Positions 35,093 through 45,000 of a stretch of 64,000 nt of DNA are shown here, piece by piece. Source of the DNA: Escherichia coli (GTDB lineage: Bacteria; Pseudomonadota; Gammaproteobacteria; Enterobacterales; Enterobacteriaceae). The stretch lies in the NCBI GenBank assembly GCA_902500205.1, contig GCA_902500205.1_4868.1. One strand, written 5' to 3'. Numbering within the stretch: the stretch's first letter is position 1; each line of letters starts with the position of its first letter. Below the pieces are notes generated by a model. It was given only the letters and a program-made list of their open reading frames with translations. It ran no database searches and was not told where the DNA came from. The translations under genes were made by a program, and so were the position numbers.

Positions 35093-35626
35093 ATGGCAGA
35101 CCGCTATCAGCCCGACCTAACACTCTCGTCGAAAGCGCTTGTCGTGGCGTTGATTAATCACGATAACGGCTTGTCATTATCGCCTGACGAGATTGTGATA
35201 AGCGGAGTAGGGCCAATCGACTTAGGTGTTGAAAGTGCCCGTACCTCGCAAGCGTACATTGCGAAAGCACGTAAACCTAACGGCAAGAAGGTTACCGTCT
35301 ATTACGACCGTCTAGTCGCTAATAAGATTATCGACCCGCAAGGACCGATACTGGTTACTGTAGCTCCCGGCGACACCTATGCTGATTTAGCGACAGTTGT
35401 AAACCAGTTATGCGGTTTAAACTTGTCACGTGAAGACATCTCGACAGGGGTTATTACACCAACAAACGAGCCGTTGATTGCAGCGATGAGTGACGATTCA
35501 CCGGCTTGGACGGCTACCTTTACATTCACGGCGTTTAATGAAAAAGAAGCTGTGGCAAGTCTGGATGAAGAAACTGTTTTATGCATCGGTGATGATGCAG
35601 TGTTAACCTACGGAGACGATGCATAA
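35093..35626 (+). CDS. Hypothetical protein (about 177 aa)
   Basis: ATG 35093 after 'ggagg'; track start 35057 lies inside the terminator. Confidence 0.7.
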   Translation: MADRYQPDLTLSSKALVVALINHDNGLSLSPDEIVISGVGPIDLGVESARTSQAYIAKARKPNGKKVTVYYDRLVANKIIDPQGPILVTVAPGDTYADLATVVNQLCGLNLSREDISTGVITPTNEPLIAAMSDDSPAWTATFTFTAFNEKEAVASLDEETVLCIGDDAVLTYGDDA

Positions 35627-36096
35627 TGGCAACTGTAGTCAAAAAGAAACGTTTGCATGAACTCGATTCTTACGACGGTGATAAGTCGAGCGCAGTAGCG
35701 CTTATTAGCGTTGATGAAAAGGAGTACAAACTTCCTCTCAGTGAAATCGGCGGCGGGGCAGATGCAAACCCTATCCAAAACTTATCCGGTGCTGACGGTA
35801 TCGTTGAAATAGATCCCAATATTGCGGACGACTTCATTATCCGTTTAGGTGACCCCACCACTGCGCTTTCTATCACACCTATTACCGACCCGGTTCCGGG
35901 TACGCGATATGAATTATTACTGACGCTACGTCAGGGTACCGGTGCAAACAAAATCACCTGGCCGGCTTCGGTTAAATGGCCTAACGGTGCAGAACCTCCG
36001 TTATCGTACACGCTAGACGCCGAGGATGTGTTGTCTTTGTCATCTACGGATGGCGGTACAACCTGGAAAGGGGCCATTTGCGGAACAGGATACTAA
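35626..36096 (+). CDS. Hypothetical protein (156 aa)
   Basis: TAATG overlap with upstream gene. Confidence 0.7.
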   Translation: MATVVKKKRLHELDSYDGDKSSAVALISVDEKEYKLPLSEIGGGADANPIQNLSGADGIVEIDPNIADDFIIRLGDPTTALSITPITDPVPGTRYELLLTLRQGTGANKITWPASVKWPNGAEPPLSYTLDAEDVLSLSSTDGGTTWKGAICGTGY

Positions 36097-36099
36097 GCC

Positions 36100-39000
36100 A
36101 TGCGCAAATTTAAAATCTCTGCTAAACGACATGCGTTGAACTATGCGATGTCGCTGGCTTACGGACATCAGGACTTTGTTCGCCGCAATACCGGTCTCAC
36201 AAATGACGCCCACAAAGACCATTATCTGATTAACCCAGAAGGGGTGCTATCTAATAACCGGCATTTCATTGCTGACTCCATGGCAGTGTATCAACCTAAT
36301 GGTGACGCCACCACAGAAGGTCAATCGTTGCTGATTATTGGTTACTGTCACATGTACATTGCTACCAAAAACCGGATGTGGTTAGATGCGGCGATTCGTG
36401 CATGGGAAGCGTACGCTACCTACTATTACGCAGGTCAGGCCATTCCTGAGTCACCGCAACGTTGGATTTGTAACTGGCTAGTTAACGGTAAAGAACCGGT
36501 GCTGGCAGACTATCCGGTGCATCCGACCGAGCCAACCCACGGTGGTTACAAGTGTGTACCGGTAACGTTTACGAACGGGCGTTGTCAGATACCCCAAGGC
36601 GCACCGTTCTTTGGTGAGTATCTGAACAATTTCTTTTCTGCGCATCGTGGCCATCCTACCTGGGGCGCGGTTAATGCTGACGTACAGAAAATTAAGGAAT
36701 CGGAAGACGGGTTAATTGACTGGTCTAAAGTCCCTGATTACTTAATCACCAATCCAGAGAAACCTTACGATGTAAAAGCGTGGGTAGACTGGAACAGGAT
36801 GTTAAACGACCCAACCGGATATACCCCAATATGGGGTGGTTCTACCTCGAAAGGTCCGCGGTACGAACCCGACTGGTTTGTTGTGTGGACGGGTGAGAAG
36901 GTTCAAGACGGCGAAGTCATCGAATCTGGTTTACCTGATGCCCAGAAAGGAACCGTACAATTAAAGGACACCAGTATTAACGGTGTGTATTTGATTAACT
37001 ACGCATCCCAGGTACCTGTAGAACACGGCGGGTATTTGTTTGGCCGCAATGAGCCGTGGCACAACCGTCCAGTTCATACCCCGTTAAAAGGGTCTGTTAA
37101 CCAGATGGGTAACGCGGCAGATGCGGAAGTGTGGTTTATTGATGCCTGTTATCTGCTCTGGCGTATCACAGGTGAACCGCGCTATAAAGCCGCACTAGAC
37201 TCTGTGTTCTATACAGCGCATGAATACACGTATATCGATGCGAAGGACAAGTTTTTCCGACGTTCTAAGCTAGCCGAAACGCCATTTACAGATGGTATCT
37301 CGTACGACTATAAATACCCCAGCACCGTTGAGGTCGCTTACAGTCGTGATGAAAATGGTGATATTGTGTTCCGTTCTGAGAAAGCTGTGCAGAACTTTAT
37401 GGAACAGCAAGCCGTGCGTTTCAGGATAAACAGTCAATCGAAGTTACGTGTGACGTATGGCGGTGTTTGCGACAACGGTGATGCGCTTGCGTGTAAAGTG
37501 ATGGTGGATATCAACCCCGTTAAAGCGGATACTGAAGAAGTAAACTGGTACGGCTGTACGCTTCCAGGATCAACGTCGATGGAAGTAAAACAGCATGACA
37601 TCGGTTTAGGGCATCTGGCCAGAATGACTAATCCGGTCAACGGTGAAGATTACATCATTGCCGATGCGCGAGCATGTTCAGATTACGGTGGGTGTACGTG
37701 GCAGGAGAAGTTTGAGAGTAACATCTACGATGGTCGTTCAGGCACAATCGTAGAAGCGTTATTCCCGAACGACGATGCGGGCTTCATTATCGGTTTCTGG
37801 TTAACCGATGCTGGAGTTGCGCCCCCACAGTCAATTGTCTATCGTGCTGATGCCGATTTCAACTTCCGTTTCGAAGATACCAACAAGTGGCGTTGGTGGT
37901 GGATGTTGCCCGCGACTAACGGGGAATGGAAACAGGTTATTATTCGCCCTGAAGACGCAACACTCTCGGGCTATCAACCTGACCACGATACCGATGTCGA
38001 AACAAAACCGTCTGCGCCAAACTACACAACTATCGATCAGGTAACCATACTGCCCGATTCGGCTGTGGAGAATGCGCACTTTAGCTGGTATTGCGTAAAC
38101 GATGTTCCGCCACTGTTTAATGCAGATGATGGCTGGACATTAACGTTTCGCATCGCAATTCGGGGAGGTTCTGCATTTACGGGTAAAGTGGGCGATTGTA
38201 CGATAAAAGATTACCGTCTTGACTCGCTCGCGTATTGTCCAGGAACGATACCGTTCTCGAACATTTATTCGGAAGGAACGTATCAGCTAGGTGCATGGCA
38301 CGGGATGCCGTATCCTGGCTATCAGTATCCGTTTATGTACACCATACACACCGATGATCGCTACAAAGTCTGGCTCTTAAATCAGATTCGGTTTATGCAC
38401 GATTCACAAACCAACTACCAGGCGCAGTTAGGTGAGTTGGGTCCAGGTTGTGCGGCGTATATTTGGAACCGTTGGGATAACTACACTTACGGACCGGTAG
38501 ATACGTGGACAACGTTCCATTGGGGAGATGGACATCCGTGGGCAGGTTATCAGCCACGCGCGTATAACGCCGCTGCGCGTTGTTGGTACGAATTAGTTGT
38601 GCGTGGTAAAGAGGTTCCACCAGAGCTAGTAGAGTACGTTGAAAATTGGGCTAAGTGGCTCGTAGGGTTCTTAGACCGCTTTGACAACCACACTCCGAAT
38701 GAATTCCCTACGGCACCAAATAAACCGGTATGGGTAGAGAATGATTTCACAGCACATATGTGTGCGCTCTGGATAGCAGGCAGCGCTTATGCGGCAATGG
38801 CTGGCTGTACAGTGGAAGGGTTGAGCCGTATTATGGATATGGGGATGAAGGAGATGGGTGACAACTTCACCGTCACCGACATTCCAGGAAAAGCCATTAA
38901 CGGTGCCTGGTCTCCGTGGGCAAACCCTACTACGGATAACGGTCAGGCTTTTGGGTTTTATACTGGAGAAGCGATGCGTGCAATCGGGTTGTATCTCCTC

Positions 39001-39117
39001 TATAAAGAACACGGCCCAGGACATGATATTTATCGTGACTTGGCAATACCCGACCACACAACAGCTTCACTCGATATAACGTTTACTATCCCAGACGATC
39101 CGCTCGAAACTAATTAA
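36100..39117 (+). CDS. Large hypothetical protein (1005 aa), Trp/Tyr-rich; enzyme-like, function unknown
   Basis: 3-kb uninterrupted ORF inside a block of small genes; no unambiguous catalytic motif. Confidence 0.85.
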   Translation: MRKFKISAKRHALNYAMSLAYGHQDFVRRNTGLTNDAHKDHYLINPEGVLSNNRHFIADSMAVYQPNGDATTEGQSLLIIGYCHMYIATKNRMWLDAAIRAWEAYATYYYAGQAIPESPQRWICNWLVNGKEPVLADYPVHPTEPTHGGYKCVPVTFTNGRCQIPQGAPFFGEYLNNFFSAHRGHPTWGAVNADVQKIKESEDGLIDWSKVPDYLITNPEKPYDVKAWVDWNRMLNDPTGYTPIWGGSTSKGPRYEPDWFVVWTGEKVQDGEVIESGLPDAQKGTVQLKDTSINGVYLINYASQVPVEHGGYLFGRNEPWHNRPVHTPLKGSVNQMGNAADAEVWFIDACYLLWRITGEPRYKAALDSVFYTAHEYTYIDAKDKFFRRSKLAETPFTDGISYDYKYPSTVEVAYSRDENGDIVFRSEKAVQNFMEQQAVRFRINSQSKLRVTYGGVCDNGDALACKVMVDINPVKADTEEVNWYGCTLPGSTSMEVKQHDIGLGHLARMTNPVNGEDYIIADARACSDYGGCTWQEKFESNIYDGRSGTIVEALFPNDDAGFIIGFWLTDAGVAPPQSIVYRADADFNFRFEDTNKWRWWWMLPATNGEWKQVIIRPEDATLSGYQPDHDTDVETKPSAPNYTTIDQVTILPDSAVENAHFSWYCVNDVPPLFNADDGWTLTFRIAIRGGSAFTGKVGDCTIKDYRLDSLAYCPGTIPFSNIYSEGTYQLGAWHGMPYPGYQYPFMYTIHTDDRYKVWLLNQIRFMHDSQTNYQAQLGELGPGCAAYIWNRWDNYTYGPVDTWTTFHWGDGHPWAGYQPRAYNAAARCWYELVVRGKEVPPELVEYVENWAKWLVGFLDRFDNHTPNEFPTAPNKPVWVENDFTAHMCALWIAGSAYAAMAGCTVEGLSRIMDMGMKEMGDNFTVTDIPGKAINGAWSPWANPTTDNGQAFGFYTGEAMRAIGLYLLYKEHGPGHDIYRDLAIPDHTTASLDITFTIPDDPLETN

Positions 39118-39122
39118 GTGTA

Positions 39123-39165
39123 TACCAGCCACCCCGAAGGATGGCTGGTACGCTTTATTTTATTT
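39123..39165 (+). terminator. Intrinsic terminator
   Basis: 'taccagcca...tggctggta' followed by 'cgctttattttatttc'. Confidence 0.75.
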
Positions 39166-39166
39166 C

Positions 39167-39188
39167 AGATAGATGTTATCTCAGTGAA
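39167..39188 (+). promoter_or_regulatory. Conserved 22-bp promoter-like motif, copy 6
   Basis: 'agatagatgttatctcagtgaa'; 56 nt upstream of ATG 39245; leader hairpin 'ctctga...tcagag'. Confidence 0.55.
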
Positions 39189-39244
39189 CCTCTGAAATTT
39201 ACGTTTCAATCAGAGCTTATGTCATGTATTAAGGAGCAATTAAA

Positions 39245-39577
39245 ATGTCCAAAGTCTATCACATTGCGGTATTGCGTCAGGCAACTGACCTTGAAGGCGA
39301 CGGTGAACTTCGAATGCAGGAAGCCATTCTGAGCACCGTTAAAGAACTTAACCAAGCAAACAATTTCGATGCACGCTTCGAGGCGCTGCCTGTAAGCCGT
39401 AACGCTTTCTACGGCAGTCAAATCCTGGCAACCCAGTTTGCGATGGCTTTAAGTGACTTGCGCAATAACCCTAGTCCTGAAACCGCGACGAAGATGAACA
39501 AACTGTCGTTATGGATGAATAACCTGGACGTCCCCGCAGCATCCACTGTAAGTGGTTTGGGGGTGGTTAATGGGTAG
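39245..39577 (+). CDS. Hypothetical protein (110 aa)
   Basis: 'ttaaggagc' SD before ATG. Confidence 0.75.
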   Translation: MSKVYHIAVLRQATDLEGDGELRMQEAILSTVKELNQANNFDARFEALPVSRNAFYGSQILATQFAMALSDLRNNPSPETATKMNKLSLWMNNLDVPAASTVSGLGVVNG

Positions 39578-39905
39578 AGTAATCCGTGTTGCCAGACCAA
39601 TGCGTCTCAATAGGACGCTGATGATAAATCGTGATATCAGTGAAGCTGTAAAACAGTTGTCGAATATCGACGGTTACACCTTTAAAGTGATAACACTGTA
39701 CGACTACCCAGAAGGCAAAGTTCCGCAAGAGGCGCTGGATAAATTCGTTAATGTATTAGACGATTGCCTTAAGAGCCCAACGGACGTAAATCTTATCAAA
39801 CTAAACACCATGTCCCTTGCGCTGTACCGGCTGCGTAAAATGGGCATTCATGCTCGCATCGGTAAAGGCGACCAAACGTTAGCCGAATACTGGGCTAAAC
39901 AGTAA
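39570..39905 (+). CDS. Hypothetical protein (about 111 aa)
   Basis: ATG 39570 in track frame 39552-39905; overlaps upstream stop. Confidence 0.65.
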   Translation: MGRVIRVARPMRLNRTLMINRDISEAVKQLSNIDGYTFKVITLYDYPEGKVPQEALDKFVNVLDDCLKSPTDVNLIKLNTMSLALYRLRKMGIHARIGKGDQTLAEYWAKQ

Positions 39906-39932
39906 GCTATTTTAAATCCTAAGGAGCATTAA

Positions 39933-40451
39933 GTGAATATTATCATGAACCTGTATACCAAACGGGAACGTAACGTTTTAGAATCTGGCGTTGCCCCGGA
40001 AGTATTGGCTGCGGGGGATATTAGTATCGACCCATTGAAAGTGAAAGTCGCAGAACTGTTCCCTCGCGACGAATGGGACATCTGGTATTTCCGTTGTTCG
40101 TCGGTATTAAATGCAATCAAGCAACTGTCTGATTATCAGCCTGGTCCGTATATCGGTACCTGGCACTGGTACGTTCCACGCACACCAAACTTCCTCTACT
40201 TACACGATGACGATAAACGTACCCATATTCGCACTGTAGCGACGCCTGCGCGTTTGGAGCGTTATCTGGAGCTAATCCACGACCGGCCTCGTAACGAGCT
40301 GCAGAGCATCGTAGAGGTGCTCAGACAGGTACCTTTAGACGGTATACTGGAACTGGACATGAAAATCGCCGATCGTCCGAGACATTACTGGGAATTTTCC
40401 TGGGTAGACGCGAAGTACGAAAACCATAACGTTATCTATCTGAAGCGTTAA
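39933..40451 (+). CDS. Hypothetical protein (172 aa)
   Basis: 'aaggag' SD 6 nt before GTG 39933. Confidence 0.75.
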   Translation: MNIIMNLYTKRERNVLESGVAPEVLAAGDISIDPLKVKVAELFPRDEWDIWYFRCSSVLNAIKQLSDYQPGPYIGTWHWYVPRTPNFLYLHDDDKRTHIRTVATPARLERYLELIHDRPRNELQSIVEVLRQVPLDGILELDMKIADRPRHYWEFSWVDAKYENHNVIYLKR

Positions 40452-40461
40452 GGGGGACAGG

Positions 40462-40782
40462 ATGTTGAACTGGTTACTGGCGCTGATTAACAAGCGACAA
40501 AAACAACTGTACGAAGAAAACCGAGAATTAGCTGCCGCTAACCGTCGTGTACAGGCCGATAACTTGCAGTTAAGACACGACCTCGCGGAACTGGGCGTTA
40601 ATGCGAGTAGGCTCTGCACGCACATAAGTCGCTGTCACGACATTATCGAACGTATTGGACACTACCATCTTACGTCTCCTGCGCGTCGCGTCTATGACGC
40701 GGCCGTCCAGGGATTGAAAGATACCAGGAATGTGTACGACGAGATGTTAGAAGAGTTTAGCAAACGTGAGGATAAATACTAA
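40462..40782 (+). CDS. Small coiled-coil protein
   Basis: ORF with ATG start. Confidence 0.65.
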   Translation: MLNWLLALINKRQKQLYEENRELAAANRRVQADNLQLRHDLAELGVNASRLCTHISRCHDIIERIGHYHLTSPARRVYDAAVQGLKDTRNVYDEMLEEFSKREDKY

Positions 40783-41165
40783 TGGAAATGCCAACGAACA
40801 CCGACTTAGCACTGGCAATCGAACACATGAAAAACCATCAGCTGACGTTACTGAATGCAAGCACAGAAGGGCAACGTCAAGGGTATGCGCTCGTTGCAAA
40901 AGCAGCGTTAGAACTTAACAAGATTCTACTCGCTAAACTTTACGGGCTGGAAAACAGCGTGCTCCATGCGTCGCACCTGGGCGAAGCCAGCGAGTTAGTT
41001 ACGAATGTGCGGCTGTATGCAAGTCGTGAAATGGAACGTTTAACCAACGAATGGAATGTCCAGTGTAACGGCGAGCGTGCTGATAAAGATCCGCGTAAAG
41101 TCGCACTGACGCCGGGCGTGTACATCAAAGACGGCACCATTGACGAATACAGCGGATTTAACTGA
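40782..41165 (+). CDS. Hypothetical protein (127 aa)
   Basis: TAATG overlap with upstream gene. Confidence 0.7.
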   Translation: MEMPTNTDLALAIEHMKNHQLTLLNASTEGQRQGYALVAKAALELNKILLAKLYGLENSVLHASHLGEASELVTNVRLYASREMERLTNEWNVQCNGERADKDPRKVALTPGVYIKDGTIDEYSGFN

Positions 41166-41188
41166 TCGGCGGATAAGGGTGATTGTGA

Positions 41189-41614
41189 ATGGTAACCATA
41201 GACGTAGCTATCTCTATCGAGCTTCAACGCATCGGTGTAGGTACACTAAAACTTCGTTATCGTGATTTACCGCATTACAACAAGATGTTTGATGTTGGGG
41301 TGATAAAGTTTTATAACCGGTACGGGCCAAGAGAACTATGTCTATGGTTTGTCGAGTTAGCGATAACTTATGGCGAGTTTTATCATCCTAATGTACCGCA
41401 TGTCGAACATGTGTCAAGAGGGCACCTGGAAACTTCCAGAGAGTTCTATCAGCGATTGTATGGCGCGATGGAGGAGTCCGCACCCATCGACTACGACGTA
41501 CCACCTGAACTGTTATTAATCGACCATGAAGGAGAAGCCGGTGTCTATTTCATTACAGGGACTGACTATTCACGAGATTCAGAAATATTTACTCGAGGGC
41601 GGGAAACTGACTGA
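41189..41614 (+). CDS. Hypothetical protein (141 aa)
   Basis: ORF with ATG start. Confidence 0.65.
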   Translation: MVTIDVAISIELQRIGVGTLKLRYRDLPHYNKMFDVGVIKFYNRYGPRELCLWFVELAITYGEFYHPNVPHVEHVSRGHLETSREFYQRLYGAMEESAPIDYDVPPELLLIDHEGEAGVYFITGTDYSRDSEIFTRGRETD

Positions 41615-41846
41615 CGACTATCAAACCGCAGATATGTTGCTACAGTCATTTGTACCGTTACGTGCTGAGTATTACGAAATCGCGTTCCTGGGCGATGAAT
41701 ATTGTGTCCGCACGCAAGGGCGTGAATACGAAGCAGTTCGCGTACCACGAACACTCGGCGGGGTGATGATACTTATCGCTAATATCGAAGCACTCAATGC
41801 GAAATGTGCGTTATACATCGCACAAGGAGGTCGCAATGGATTTTAA
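41526..41846 (+). CDS. Hypothetical protein; start uncertain
   Basis: Overlaps the upstream ORF by 89 nt; no clear SD. Confidence 0.4.
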   Translation: MKEKPVSISLQGLTIHEIQKYLLEGGKLTDDYQTADMLLQSFVPLRAEYYEIAFLGDEYCVRTQGREYEAVRVPRTLGGVMILIANIEALNAKCALYIAQGGRNGF

Positions 41847-41911
41847 GTGGGAACCGTTAACGTTAGCAGAAATTCGTAACAGAATCGATAGAGCTATTGC
41901 AAGGAGAAAAC

Positions 41912-42313
41912 ATGTTCGGCCTGTTTCAGGAGAAAAAACAGTTGCGTCGCCAATTAGAAATACTGGAATTGGAACTCAGCCTATCAAAGACTGAGTTGGA
42001 AATTTCGAAAGAAGCGTGGAAAAGAAATCTTGATGAATCTTTCGAAGAACGCCGTAAGCTTACGCGATTACTTTCTGAGGAACAGTCTAAGAACCGGAAA
42101 CTCGAAGATGAGCTACGGGATGCCCGACGAGATGCGGATCTGCGTGACAAGATGTTAGGATGGAACCTGGGTGCCCTAATCTATTTCATAGAGCAACGTT
42201 GGGAACCAAAAACACTCCTTGAGTTGCTCTATGAAAAACTCTCCTGTGTAGGTAAACGTTCTGCGGCCATCGAGTATTTCCGTAGTCACGGTTTCGAGGT
42301 AAAAGATGAGTAA
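41912..42313 (+). CDS. Coiled-coil protein (about 133 aa)
   Basis: 'aaggag' SD before ATG 41912 (track TTG 41897). Confidence 0.7.
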   Translation: MFGLFQEKKQLRRQLEILELELSLSKTELEISKEAWKRNLDESFEERRKLTRLLSEEQSKNRKLEDELRDARRDADLRDKMLGWNLGALIYFIEQRWEPKTLLELLYEKLSCVGKRSAAIEYFRSHGFEVKDE

Positions 42314-42391
42314 ATTAGAGGTTGGCAGGCTGTTCGTTAATCCTTAAAAAACAACAGTTTCAAATTAGTTACGACCATAAGGAGTATTAAA

Positions 42392-43195
42392 ATGTTAAAG
42401 CCACGCAAACAGAAAAGATTACAGTTTGTCAAAATAGTACATCCACAGTCCCATCGTGTTACAGGTGGACGTCTCTACGTGGGTAAACACCGTAGTCGTC
42501 TTATCACCTGGTCGGCAATGGCCAACGTAGCCACCCAACTCCAGGCAATGGTTGAAGACCGTTGCCAGTTAAAAGGGGATTTCTTTCAAGAGAAGAAACC
42601 CTATCGTGATATCTTCCGTACACTAAAGGCGTGCTGGGTACTCAGCTGGGTGCCTGGCCGCGAACAACTTTATTTTCTGCGTAAGTTCCCACGCCCTATG
42701 CCGAAGGAAAACATTAACGTTTTCTTAGACAAACTAAAACGCTTTAATGACATCGGCATAAACGCTAATAAAGAGCAAGTTTCTGCTACAGTAGCAGCCC
42801 GAAAACACTTACGCGATTATGTGGCCGATCGAGATGTTGAGTTCGCTTATATGACGCCGACTGTACCGCTGCTAAACGGTGATGCATTGAAAGCGAAGAT
42901 GGAAGAGATCGCGTTGAAGTTTCCTAACATCAGACACATCGCACCAGACGCGGTACTACAGCTGAACACTGAAGGCTGCACGCGTTTACCGACAGTCTCT
43001 GACACGGTGTTAGTATCAACACCTGATGTTCCTGATGGAAAGTCGTTCCTTGAAATGATAAAGAAACGTACAGAGGGTGGATATCAACCGATCTTTCTGG
43101 ATTCCCTTTCACAACATCCTGAAGTAGAACAAGAATTTAACATGAACACTAACAGCCCTTACGACTCCCTATACAAGGACGATAATGATGCTTAA
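42392..43195 (+). CDS. Hypothetical protein (267 aa)
   Basis: 'taaggagtattaaaATG'. Confidence 0.8.
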   Translation: MLKPRKQKRLQFVKIVHPQSHRVTGGRLYVGKHRSRLITWSAMANVATQLQAMVEDRCQLKGDFFQEKKPYRDIFRTLKACWVLSWVPGREQLYFLRKFPRPMPKENINVFLDKLKRFNDIGINANKEQVSATVAARKHLRDYVADRDVEFAYMTPTVPLLNGDALKAKMEEIALKFPNIRHIAPDAVLQLNTEGCTRLPTVSDTVLVSTPDVPDGKSFLEMIKKRTEGGYQPIFLDSLSQHPEVEQEFNMNTNSPYDSLYKDDNDA

Positions 43196-43613
43196 GCCTA
43201 AGAAACGTAAAGATGGTGCGGTCATTTTCTCTCCGAGAATCGCTGTAGCAGTTGGTAAGAAATTACTGGTCCAGGACGGTAAGTGGGTCAGTGACGGATT
43301 CAGTCAGTACACCTCGCTATGCATGTCTTCCGAGATGAATCAGATGCACGGGAAGAAAGTACGTGACCGACGATCTCAGATGCCAAAAGTTATCCGTGTT
43401 GTGGCCGGCTGGTATAAGCGATACATGAAAAAGAACTTCCCACACGCAGCGCCGCCGTTTGAAGAAGGGTCTTTTGTTCGTACAGAACCCACCGAAGCGG
43501 GTGGCGAATTACCGGTGCGTACCGGCACGGCGTATTCGACGCTGACTTCCTTGTGTCGTCAGTCGTACGAAAAGCAGAAGGCGTTGAAGGACACTCTACT
43601 CCACATCAACTAG
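43185..43613 (+). CDS. Hypothetical protein (142 aa)
   Basis: ORF overlapping upstream stop. Confidence 0.7.
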   Translation: MMLKPKKRKDGAVIFSPRIAVAVGKKLLVQDGKWVSDGFSQYTSLCMSSEMNQMHGKKVRDRRSQMPKVIRVVAGWYKRYMKKNFPHAAPPFEEGSFVRTEPTEAGGELPVRTGTAYSTLTSLCRQSYEKQKALKDTLLHIN

Positions 43614-43649
43614 GATGACGCTTATCCCAAGGGTAGCGAATAAAGCAGT

Positions 43650-43688
43650 ACCCTACTCCTTCGGGAGTAGGGTTTCTTCTTTTTTTGC
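43650..43688 (+). terminator. Intrinsic terminator (TTCG loop)
   Basis: 'accctactcc-ttcg-ggagtagggt' followed by 'ttcttctttttttg'. Confidence 0.85.
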
Positions 43689-43711
43689 CTAGTCCGATTA
43701 CAATTATTTTC

Positions 43712-43733
43712 AGATATATATTACTTAGGTGAG
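43712..43733 (+). promoter_or_regulatory. Conserved 22-bp promoter-like motif, copy 7
   Basis: 'agatatatattacttaggtgag', identical to copy 4; 51 nt upstream of ATG 43785. Confidence 0.55.
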
Positions 43734-43784
43734 AGTTAACAATTAACTCTTATCTAATCGACCATTATCTTAAGGAGTTTTAAC

Positions 43785-44231
43785 ATGTACATTCTGAATA
43801 ACGAACTTACTAAATACGCTAGCAAAAACCCGATTATGATTTCTTTCCTAATCGTGATGGCGGCCAACAAACAAGACCCTAGCGAATTCACTACTGAGGA
43901 CTTCGAAGAGATTATCGCCAACGCCAAAGAAGCCACGTTCCAGACCACAGAACCTACTCGCGACGAGTTCCCTCTAGGTGAAGCCGGCGATGTAATGTTT
44001 AACGACATGATTGCTTCGTACTACATCAATAGACGTGGTATGGAAATCGAATACGACGAACTTCCTACTAGCAGCTTTGCTGAAATGATTCGTGATTATC
44101 GTCGTCAAGTTGTCTCTGACGACATCGTAAAGAAATACATGGCACAAATCAGCCCATTCAGTCTTGAATTCGAAAACCGTGCAATCGCCTTAGCGACGCA
44201 TCGCCTGCGTTTAGAAAAAGAAGTACACTAA
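43785..44231 (+). CDS. Hypothetical protein (148 aa)
   Basis: 'cttaaggag' SD; downstream of promoter motif copy 7. Confidence 0.8.
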   Translation: MYILNNELTKYASKNPIMISFLIVMAANKQDPSEFTTEDFEEIIANAKEATFQTTEPTRDEFPLGEAGDVMFNDMIASYYINRRGMEIEYDELPTSSFAEMIRDYRRQVVSDDIVKKYMAQISPFSLEFENRAIALATHRLRLEKEVH

Positions 44232-44292
44232 CAATAACCCGGCGGGCAAAGTCCCGCCAATCAACCTGCAATCTACAAAAAAGGAATATCCC

Positions 44293-44511
44293 ATGCGCAA
44301 CCTCTTCTCCAAATCTGAAATCAAACCTGTTGTTGAAACCACCGCCAAACGTAAGCCTGACATGATTGACCTGCTGCTGAAAATGTCTGCAGCAGAAGCC
44401 AAAGCTTTCATGAAAACAATGAAAGACGGCGATAAAATGATTGACAACGTTGAAGTAACCTACGGTGTTAAAGACCGCCCAAAGAATAACGGCCTTGTGT
44501 GGGTCTGTTAA
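44293..44511 (+). CDS. Small hypothetical protein (72 aa)
   Basis: 'aaaaggaat' SD; host-like codon usage. Confidence 0.7.
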   Translation: MRNLFSKSEIKPVVETTAKRKPDMIDLLLKMSAAEAKAFMKTMKDGDKMIDNVEVTYGVKDRPKNNGLVWVC

Positions 44512-44532
44512 TCGACGATTGAGGATAAAGTC

Positions 44533-44964
44533 GTGAACGTAATCAAAAAGCTGAACGGCGATACTTTCCATGCTCTGATGCCGAAGGGTGCACGTATTCG
44601 GATAAACAACAAAAACAAACCCTATAAGACGGACTACACGTTCGACACCACTGACCACGCATTCGGTATCTGCGACGAAGGGACGAACGATGTCAAATGG
44701 ATTATCGTGGTATACGAAACGTCTAGTGGGTATAAGTTCTGGGATGCCTATGAACTGCAGAAGGGCTATTGGTGGTATGTCAGTTGGGAAGCTTTCAATG
44801 ACAAGGTATCTTATTCGTGGAACGACTTCCCGCACTTTTGCTGGGATAGTTGGTTTCATGATTGCGGGGATAAGATTTCTGATCTTGTCCAGGAACTCTA
44901 CAAACACTACAAAGAACACAATGGAAACTTCGTCTATCCTGAATGGGAGCAGTCGAAGTCGTGA
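44533..44964 (+). CDS. Hypothetical protein (143 aa), Trp-rich
   Basis: 'gaggataaagtcGTG'. Confidence 0.75.
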   Translation: MNVIKKLNGDTFHALMPKGARIRINNKNKPYKTDYTFDTTDHAFGICDEGTNDVKWIIVVYETSSGYKFWDAYELQKGYWWYVSWEAFNDKVSYSWNDFPHFCWDSWFHDCGDKISDLVQELYKHYKEHNGNFVYPEWEQSKS

Positions 44965-44968
44965 AGAA

Positions 44969-45000
44969 AAGGGAGCTTCGGCTCCCCTTCTTTTTTTGTT
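44969..45000 (+). terminator. Intrinsic terminator (TTCG loop)
   Basis: 'gggagc-ttcg-gctccc' followed by 'cttctttttttg' and more T-rich sequence. Confidence 0.8.

Noticed and set aside
38390-38410. 'MHDSQ' in the 1005-aa protein as a possible T7-type RNAP motif C
   Set aside because: No accompanying motif A or B was found; a lone HDS tripeptide is not evidence.
43615-43695. Short ORF running through terminator 43650-43688
   Set aside because: It overlaps the terminator hairpin and T-tract; most likely non-coding.
44239-44261. GC-rich hairpin 'ggcggg-caaagt-cccgcc' after gene 43785-44231 as a terminator
   Set aside because: It has no downstream T-tract and the next gene follows on the same strand; it may be an RNA stability element.
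44158-44919. 253-aa minus-strand ORF from the six-frame track
   Set aside because: It lies antisense across three + strand genes that each have their own SD, promoter and terminator context; it has no SD of its own and is most likely a frame artefact.
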